Shown: positions 21,957 through 29,834 of the stretch, in pieces
Layout: each line of letters starts with the position of its first letter
How positions within the stretch are numbered: position 1 is the first letter of the stretch
From: Catajapyx aquilonaris
Lineage: Eukaryota
Reading direction: 5' to 3'
DNA: 29,834 nt
NCBI GenBank assembly: GCA_000934665.2
Contig: KZ538252.1
Coordinates: 62,001 to 91,834, forward strand
Program-made: the position numbers and the translations under genes
The notes under the pieces: generated by a model
The model's input: the letters and a program-made list of their open reading frames with translations, nothing else
Told to the model about the DNA's origin: nothing
Database searches by the model: none

Positions 21957-22657
21957 TATCACATTATACATACAGACAATTATGCCTAGGGGACGCTCCC
22001 CCCCCCCCCNCCCCCCCAAACGCGGAATTGAATTCTCCATAATATATAGCCATTATTAAGCGACTTGAAATATTGGCTATAAATTACATGTTACGTAACG
22101 TGGGAGGATATTAAATTTACCGCACTTTAAAACCGACGGTTAATATTCCCAAAATGGGAAGGACTTTGACGCAATGATGGGCGTAGACGTGAGAAAAGGG
22201 ACAACCGACCATTTATTCTCGGGCCAAGGACACGGTTTGAGAACGGTTTTAAAGTGACGAATCCCACGCGTACAAAAAGGCTTTTAAAATGGGTACGAAA
22301 TTGTTACGTAACTGGTGGCAAAGACATCTGTACGTAGCCCTGTCCTATATATATAGGACGCTAGGTATATACACAATGTGTAACTAGATCAGCCTTACAC
22401 TGTACATACTGATGAAAAGCTTCCCTAAGGGCATATTTTTATAACAATGCACATGCCCAAAAATGGCGGCTGTTTCCACTTGCCTAGATTACAGCTCAAA
22501 ATAATACCTCTCGCCTAGGCACTCTTTTGAATTAAAATATTCGAAAAGCTGCTTATGTCAGCTTGTATCGTAAAACATGATTAAATTTGATTAATCATGA
22601 TTTGTGCTACAAGATCTTAATACTTGCAAAGTGTGCACCGGAAGCGGCTCTGTAGGG

Positions 22658-23209
22658 CAGCGGTTCCCAAACTTTTGGGAGTCGCGGAACCCTTAACGAA
22701 TCACTATTATTGGGCGGAACCCTAACACCAAACGAATATTTAACTATTATTTATTTATTTATTTTGGTATACCCCGTGCTAGGTAGGCCATCTTAGGGGA
22801 GTGGAATACCACCATTCGGTGCAGGGGACAGGATAGGGATAATGAGGGGGGGGGACTCTGGTGCATGTCCAATGTCTCAAATTTGGGGGTCGTGTGCAGT
22901 CCCTCAGGGGGTCCGTTCGCCAAGGTGTCCCTCTAGATGCGGGTCAGATATTCCCCACCGACACCGCACCTCCTCATGGACGGGACAAGGATAGGAAAGG
23001 AAGGAAGCGGCTGTGGCCTATTATTTAGGAAGCAATCCCGGAATTCTCCTGGGAAACCACGGTCAGGATCGCCGGCCTATTTAACTTGTTATAACTTTTA
23101 CAAAGTTGATCCCACAATATGATGAATTCAAATTAAGCATACTCTGGATTCGCTCGCGGCATATTCAAATATGATGATCCTTCCGCGGAACCCACTTTAG
23201 GAACCGCTG
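22658..23209. mobile_element. hAT (Charlie-like) MITE containing a nested SINE
   Basis: Termini CAGCGGTTCCCAAAC / CTTTAGGAACCGCTG with a perfect 8-bp TSD CTGTAGGG at 22650-22657 and 23210-23217; subterminal GCGGAACCC motifs. Confidence 0.9.
22746..23077 (-). mobile_element. 5'-truncated SINE (tail type 3) nested in the hAT MITE
   Basis: Core GGAAGGAAGCGGCTGTGGCCTATTA at ~22999-23023, a long distinct tail and an A-rich end. 9-bp TSD TATTTAACT at 22737-22745 and 23078-23086. Confidence 0.85.
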
Positions 23210-23889
23210 CTGTAGGGCATACTACGGTTCAAACTACGCATACTATGTACCGTACTATGATCGGCGAAACATTTCGGCCGAAAATATCTGCTAAGTGTGC
23301 ACTCGAAGCGACGCTACAGGCCATATACTAGTGGACAAACCACGGTAGTTCACCAATCGGCGAAACACATTTCGGCTAAACAATTTCAGCCAAGTGTGCA
23401 CAAAAACCGATTTTACAAGCCACATCAGTGAACATACACCGTTCAAACTAACCACACTACTTCACCAATCGGCCAAACACATTTCGACCAAAACCTCTCC
23501 CAGTTTATAACCACTCTTTTCTGTTTGCATCCACTTCTATTACCCTCTCCCTCCTGCTGAGTGGAATACGAGATTCGATTAGCCCCGGGGCCAATTCTAG
23601 AACCCTAGAGGGGGAATTTTTGGGTTAAGGGCAGAGGAAAACGTGATGAGATGATCGTTACGACTCTGGAATGATCCCCACCATCCTCATCTGAAGTGGC
23701 AGAGGAGCCTCGCATAATCGTCAACCGTCACTCCAGGCATTTGGCTTCAAATGGGGCGGACTTGATACCAGTTCCAGCAGACATAGGAAATGGAATTATT
23801 CTTCCCGGAGAAAAATATTCCACGGAAATATACCAGTCTGAAGAAAATTGCAGTCTTTATGACTCTGCATTTCTCAGACCCACAAATTG

Positions 23890-24665
23890 TGTGGTTCCAG
23901 TGACATCTGGTGGCGAGGAAATATTGAGAGTGCAGAATTTTGCACCAATATGAAGTTTTGGCAATTTTCTCATGACTGTGTGGTCCGATTGGGTTCATAT
24001 CACGTATGTAGGTACATGCTATTTGTACATACCTAATGATGTACTATTTTGGATATTCTGACTGAAAGAAACCGAGTTTATTGCTAAAAGAAACCGAACT
24101 TGCAGCACATCTGATGAGGAAAATAGGGCAGAATTTTGGACCAATATGAAATTTTGGCAATTTTCTCATGACTGCGTGGTCCGTCTGGGTTCAGATCATG
24201 TATCTAGGTACATGCTACTTGTACATACCGAAGAAGGCTGAAAGAAACCGAACTTGCAGCACATCTGATGAGAAAAATAGGGCAGAATTTTGCTCCAAAA
24301 TAAAATTTCTCATGACTGCGTGGTCCGTTTGGGTTCAGATCATGTACGTAGGTACATGCTAGTTGTACATACGTAACGGTGTACTATTTTTCCGATTCTG
24401 ACTAAAAGAAACAGAGTTTTGCAGCACACTTTGCACCCGTTTCTGGAGTGATATCTGGTGGCGAGTCCGCTGCAGAATTTTGGCCAACATTTTTGCACCA
24501 AAACGAATCGAATTTTGGTCATTTTTGCATGACTGCGTGGTCCGTTGGGGGTCAGATCAGGTACTTAGGTACATGCTACTTGTACGGACCTAATGGTATG
24601 CAATTTTGTCGATTCTGACTGAAAGAAACCGAGTTTTATGTTGTTTCGTCCCACACTTTGCAGCC
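23890..24665. repeat. Degenerate satellite-like tandem repeat, 4 units of ~145-215 bp
   Basis: CATGACTGYGTGGTCCG..GGG..CA.ATCA....AGGTACATGCTA at 23971, 24167, 24311 and 24528. Confidence 0.85.
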
Positions 24666-25321
24666 GTTTAGTACGTTTATGGCCGTTATAGTCGTATAGA
24701 GCATAGATCCTCCTAGAAATCAGCGAGCCAACCTGTAGAAAATCAATGTGCGTATACGAACTTTACGTATAATCTAGGGTGGAGTCTGGAGCCCCGTTGT
24801 TCCGGGGGGCTGCGAAAGTGGCGCCAACAGACTCTTCTTCTTCCTTCCTCCACCTTTCCTATACCTGGCTGCACATCACGCAACTCGTAGCCAACCAGGG
24901 AGAGTCAGTGAGTCAGGAGCAGTCGGAGGGATCGGACGTGTCCTGTACTCCGGGCGAGGGCCAGACCACGTTGTGCTTGGATGGGTGAAGTGTTCGGGTG
25001 TGTGGTGCACCGTTGTGGTAAGTTGACAACAATGATATGTAACGTACAATGCTCGAAGGAATGGGTACCCTCAACTGTACCTGATAATACTCTAAAGGTA
25101 TGTTGGGGGACCCTCCCGGAACAAGGGTATTTATGACCCCGGGTTTTGGCAACCTTGGAATGGGTGCGGTTGGGTTGGGCACACACGTGTCGCTCCACTT
25201 ACCTGAGTTACCTCCAGACATGTGTACAACGTTGTCCTGTGCATGGCCAGTCGAAGCAGGTATGTTTGCTTCGACTGGCCGTGGTACCAAGGGGTTATTC
25301 ACTTACATTTTTACGTACCCG

Positions 25322-25572
25322 GGACTATGCGGACTACCCCAGACTACCTGGACTACCCCGGACTACCTGGACTACCCGAGTAGTTTTTTGTGTAGGCTAC
25401 ACGGACTATCCCCGGACGCGACCCCCGGACCACCCCGGACCACGGACTACTCGGGTATAGTCCGGGTAGTCTAGTCTGGACTACCCAAGTAGTTTTTTTT
25501 GCGTACATGGACTACCCCCGGATTATCCCGGACTATCCCTCGGACTACCCCCGGATTATCCCGGATTATCAC
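25322..25572. repeat. GGACTACC(C)/GGATTATC ~9-11-bp repeat array with a local inversion
   Basis: Many GGACTAC copies; inverted copies TAGTCC at ~25458-25471. Confidence 0.75.
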
Positions 25573-25970
25573 CCCCCCCCCCTACGAAAGTGTACACGGA
25601 CTTCCCTTAGAATCACTCCTCGCCTGGTCATACGCATCGATGGACGTACTCCCGATGAATGGTTCCCTCGGTGGGTGGCACGGGGTCACGGGGTCAAATC
25701 CGAACCCCCGCATATTTCGCACGTCGCAGGGGAGGTATTTCGCAAACTGGAAAGTCCGGGTAATTCGTTATAGACATAACCTAGGGTCCGGCTTGGTGAA
25801 GGACTAAATGGCGTGTCGTCTTAACGTCTTTATTTATATCCAGACCGGTCGCTTTGTTTGCGACTTGTTTACCTGAAGATTAAAGCTTCTGACATGATTG
25901 AGACGTTAGGCCGACACTAGTGACGCTCTGGCGGTCGGTTCAGAACTAAGGGTTCGGAAGAGCTAGCGCG

Positions 25971-26150
25971 AGGTACGGCTGGGCCACTGGGAAGTTCGGT
26001 AGAGTCACCACCGGGAGGTATGGCAGAGCCACCGCCGGGGGGCACGGCCGAGCCACCGCCGGGAGGTACGGCCGAGCCACCGGGAGGTACGGCCGAGCCA
26101 CCGCCGGGAGGCACGGCAGAGCCACCGGGAGGTACGGCAGAGCCACCCCG
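25971..26150. repeat. GC-rich 21/24-bp minisatellite
   Basis: Units CCACC(GCC)GGGAGGTACGGC(A/C)GAG repeated about 6-7 times. Confidence 0.85.
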
Positions 26151-26525
26151 ACGACACTAGCGACAGTCTACCAGCTACTCTCCAAAGTATGTATCGAAGA
26201 CCTCTTGAGGTGTTTATCGAGAGTGTGGTCTTTTGGTGACAAGTGGGAATCCGTCGTGGCGGGTGGGCGATGTCATGGCAGGAGCAGGCGCGAGATCTCT
26301 GTCCGGATGTCTACCCAACTCGATTTGTCACTTGGAAAAACTAGTTGAAAAAAAAAAGGTGTCTAGGCAAGGTTTTGCATCCTCACACCCCTCCCCACCG
26401 AAAAGATTTTGCGTGGGTTTACATCAGGGTCAGGGGACTTCATCGGGAAGTTTTTGCACGTCTTTGGTAGTGTTGCTTCAGACGTTTGAGGAAGGGCAAA
26501 AAGGGGTGGGGGGAAGGGGGGGGGG

Positions 26526-26623
26526 NNNNNNNNNNNNNNNNNNNNNNNNNNNNNNNNNNNNNNNNNNNNNNNNNNNNNNNNNNNNNNNNNNNNNNNNNNN
26601 NNNNNNNNNNNNNNNNNNNNNNN
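26526..26623. other. Assembly gap (98 N) flanked by G runs
   Basis: N run seen directly, with poly-G on both sides. Confidence 0.99.
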
Positions 26624-26876
26624 GGGGGGGGGGGGGGAGGTTCATACTCATGGGCCACCCCCTCCCAGCTCGACAAGGTGTCGATTACGCCATTGGTCTG
26701 ATGAGATTCGGTTACCTCAACCAGGTGTTAATGAACGTGTAATTAAGAGCCACCTTTGTAATATTTTACACATTTCATGCTGCCCGATATTAGTCCAGAC
26801 CTTGCAACTAACGCCGGAATTTGCCTTTTAAAACTTTACTAGCTATATTAGTTGCATATTAGCTACATTAGTTATA

Positions 26877-27100
26877 CAGGGTGTTCCAAATTCGTGGGTC
26901 GTGTTTCAATAACTTGCACGATGGCATTATTTTTTTTTTGTAGCTTATTGGGCCCCTATTAAACCATAGGTGCCCCATTCTATGGCAACTGCTATATTAC
27001 CAGGCAGTAATGGGTAACTTGGATCGGGTTACAACAAGCTACATAGCTATCGGGCGATATCAGTTAGTACGAGTTAGGCACGAACTTGCAACATACCCTG
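26877..27100. mobile_element. Old mariner-like MITE
   Basis: Left TA-CAGGGTGTTCCAAATTCGTG; the right end reverse-complements to CAGGGTATGTTGCAAGTTCGTG. The TIRs are degenerate and the right flank is TG rather than TA. Confidence 0.5.
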
Positions 27101-27149
27101 TGTATTAGTTCTACGGTAGTATATTATGTGTTATAGTATGTCATATTAG

Positions 27150-27650
27150 CTACATTATATTTATAGTGATATTATCTATTCATATTAATAAATAATAATA
27201 TCACTATAACTATAATGTAGATAAATAGGTTACTAGTTAATATTATTATTTAATATTAACACAATAACAGTAGTAACATTCATATTAATTAATATTATTA
27301 GTTATGGTTTTATAGTTATAGTTATGGGTTTATTATGGTTTCATTATAGTTGTAGTTATGGTTTTATTATGGTTTCATTATAGTTATAATTATGATTATG
27401 ACCTTATAGTCATAGTTATGATTTTATTACAGTAACTATAATGAAATCCTAACTATAACTATGACAAAATCATAACTATAACTATAACAAAATCATAACT
27501 AATAATATTAATTAATATGAATGTTACTAATGTTATTGTGTTAATATTAAATAATAATAACATTAACTAGCAACCTATTTATCTACATTATATTTATAGT
27601 GATATTACAGTTATAGTTATGTTATAGTTATGGTTTTATTATAGCTAGTT
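27150..27650. repeat. AT-rich nested inverted repeats with (TAGTTA)n-like simple repeats
   Basis: ~27196-27325 is the near reverse complement of ~27472-27608; a shorter palindrome spans ~27150-27219. Confidence 0.8.
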
Positions 27651-27872
27651 AAATTGTTATACAGTATTAGATACTGTATACATTAGTTATGTTATATTAG
27701 ATATCATACACATAAGTTTATAAAGTATATTTAGCCACACATTTATTTAGTTACATGTTAGTATACACTAGTTAATATTATCTTGGTTGTAGTATATGCT
27801 ACATTAGTGTTTATGATTGTATTATAGTTATAATTGTGAGTTGACACTAGTTGTATTAGTCATAGTACATGC

Positions 27873-27998
27873 ACGGTCTTCCTATTATAATTCAGGGGTT
27901 GCTTCCATATAATAGGCCACAGCCGCTTCCTTCCTTCCTTCCCTATCCTTGGAGGTTGAAAGGCAATGCTGGACCAACCTCCTTAATATCAATAATAA
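27873..27998 (+). mobile_element. 5'-truncated SINE (tail type 1)
   Basis: ATAATAGGCCACAGCCGCTTCCTTCC...CCCTATCCTTGGAGGTTGAAAGGCAATGCTGG matches the 3' half of 17881-18099. 9-bp TSD AGTACATGC at 27864-27872 and 27999-28007. Confidence 0.85.
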
Positions 27999-29534
27999 AG
28001 TACATGCTGTATTAGTTAAAACATTAGTTATATTGTGGATTTAATTTGGCGGATTTTCGTGATCCGTATTGTTGACACGGTCCGTAACAATGGCGTCTTT
28101 AAGCTTTTTTTCCGTCGGATTTTCTTCGGGAATTGAACAGAGGGTGAGGCGAAGCGTTCATTCGGACAAGAAGGCGAGAAAGTCATGCGGGTCTGGCTGG
28201 GGTGGGCTTCGGTGCAGAACAAAAGGAGACCCAAGGAGACAAACCGTCTTGGGGGAGGGAGGGAGGAGAGGGGAGGGGAGGGAGGGCTGTAAAATTGCTT
28301 CTTTTCGGGTGGATTCGAGGATGACGTAGAGGACCAATTATTGTCCCCCACTTTTTTCTGAGGGATAATAACCTGACAATTATCCTCGCCTATTGTGTTC
28401 AATTTGTTAGTAAGCGTGTAACAAACCGCGGGGAAAAATAATCTAATTGTTGCTCTTTTTGCTAAAAAAATATATATATGGTGGTCGATTGTTGTGGTGT
28501 GTACGCATCTGCCACAACTGGTTATAAAATGTGTACATGCTAAATACAACAAAACAAAAGCCTGGCACATATGGTAATCAATAAACACTTCAATTGCATT
28601 ATAAATTAATTTGATGATTATTTTGTGCGACTGTTTCAACGCTCTATTTATTAATGTGTATGGCTAGAACTGACAATAACAATGTTGCAGGCGTAACATA
28701 GGGGGACAAACAGTGCCGCTATTTGTTATGTGGCGTAACTGAACCGCACACTTTTTTTTAATTGCAAAAATGGGATGGTAATTAAAATATGAATTTTAAA
28801 TGGGAGGACCGACAAAGCAAACTGCTTGATTATTTAACTTATTAATTCGCTGGACCAGTCGACATACATAGGGTTCATAATGAGCTATGAAGCCAGGATT
28901 TTCTGTTATTTTTGTGTAGTTGGCTGCCATACGTGTCCTATTATTCCCAGGTGGTCGAATAGGGCACCTTGTTATGGTCGCAATAAGCTATAAAAATAAC
29001 TAATATACCGGTAGTTGTAACACCGTGCGCTATACGCTCGGCGGTGGGGCTTCGCCCTCCTCCCCCTCCCCGTTGGGCTTCGCCTCATTTGCGCGTGTAT
29101 ACTGGATGGCTGAGGCAATGCGACGGTGGCACTATTGTGGTGGACGTTCCACGCGAACGATCCGGGCGAAGGCGCAAAAATCTTATTTTGGCTATAGCTG
29201 AGCCCTTTCCAAGTAGCACGAAGCGCCCGGGAAGATCCCATAAATATCCACTGGATAATTGGATAGGATGTAAGTAGGATATCCAAATATATTCTCCAAA
29301 TGACAGTGTGGACTATTTCTTCACCTGCACTGAACCAGGTGGTTCCATTTCCATAGAGTGGAAAGAAGAGCACTTTGGCATCCATGATGTGCTGACCGAC
29401 CACTCGCAGTTTAGGAAAAAGCATTAGGGAGTTTCACGGAAGAAACGGACATCTAAGAGACATCGCCTGGACATCGCTAAAAACCACCCTCATCACGATT
29501 TGCGCGACCACCACTTGTAAAATATTCGGCCATT

Positions 29535-29834
29535 TTAGACTTTTCCTAGAGAAAAAAGTATTTTAGAACGTCTCTGTCTGTCTGTCTATCTGTCTGTGGA
29601 CAGGTATCAGGCAGACAGAGCTGTGCTATAAGACTTTTTTCGAGCCCCCTGGCTGCCCCCTCCCCCACCATCCCCTACACCTGACTGCCCATGCTCCCCA
29701 GACGAGACAGACAGTGCCGTGCTATAAGACTTTTTCGATTTTCGGGTTCCGGGTTCACTCTATCCGCCCCTTCCCCCTGGCTGCTCCCTCCCACACCGCC
29801 CATTCTCCCCAGTCGAGACAGACAGACAGAGCCG
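29535..29834 (+). mobile_element. Probable DINE-1/Helentron-like non-autonomous element, 5' part, with internal ~100-bp tandem repeats
   Basis: T-run, short inverted repeat ACTTTT..AAAAGT, then (CTGT)n, then repeated GTGCTATAAGACTTTTTCGA (~29624, ~29719) and CCCCTGGCTG...CTCCCCAG.CGAGACAGAC. It runs off the window end. Confidence 0.5.

Larger units (their letters stand above)
22629..23495. repeat. Degenerate ~100-bp tandem repeat, interrupted by the hAT MITE
   Basis: AAGTGTGCAC recurs at ~22629, 23293 and 23392; ATCGGC(G/C)AAACA..TTTCG recurs at ~23260, 23356 and 23468. Confidence 0.6.

Noticed and set aside
28028..29424. 203-aa and 150-aa minus-strand ORFs and a UGT-like GAKILFWL peptide near 29170
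   Set aside because: No coherent domain or exon structure; the UGT-like frame stops immediately and lacks follow-on motifs.

Overview
Eukaryotic animal genomic DNA, probably arthropod: compact genes with mostly 50-85 nt GT-AG introns and an Hsp21.4-type small HSP. All exon models were built by hand. The gene-dense left part (1-17 kb) holds the 3' exons of GKAP1 (+), two full-length tandem bubblegum-family acyl-CoA synthetases (ACSBG-like, -) with different intron sets, a Cys-rich small heat-shock protein (+) between them, an alpha-arrestin (+) and SKA1 (+). The right part (17-30 kb) is repeat-rich. Its main feature is a spliced, open 4-exon gene (-) encoding THAP zinc finger + coiled coil + P-element-transposase N-terminal region but no catalytic core, bracketed by an inverted 27-bp motif. 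It is a candidate KP-like repressor or domesticated P neogene. Around it are tRNA-derived SINEs with swapped tails, Tc1/mariner, pogo-like, Harbinger and hAT MITEs, a Helitron, minisatellites, AT-rich palindromes and a 98-N gap. Gene and TE family names come from remembered motifs, not database searches.
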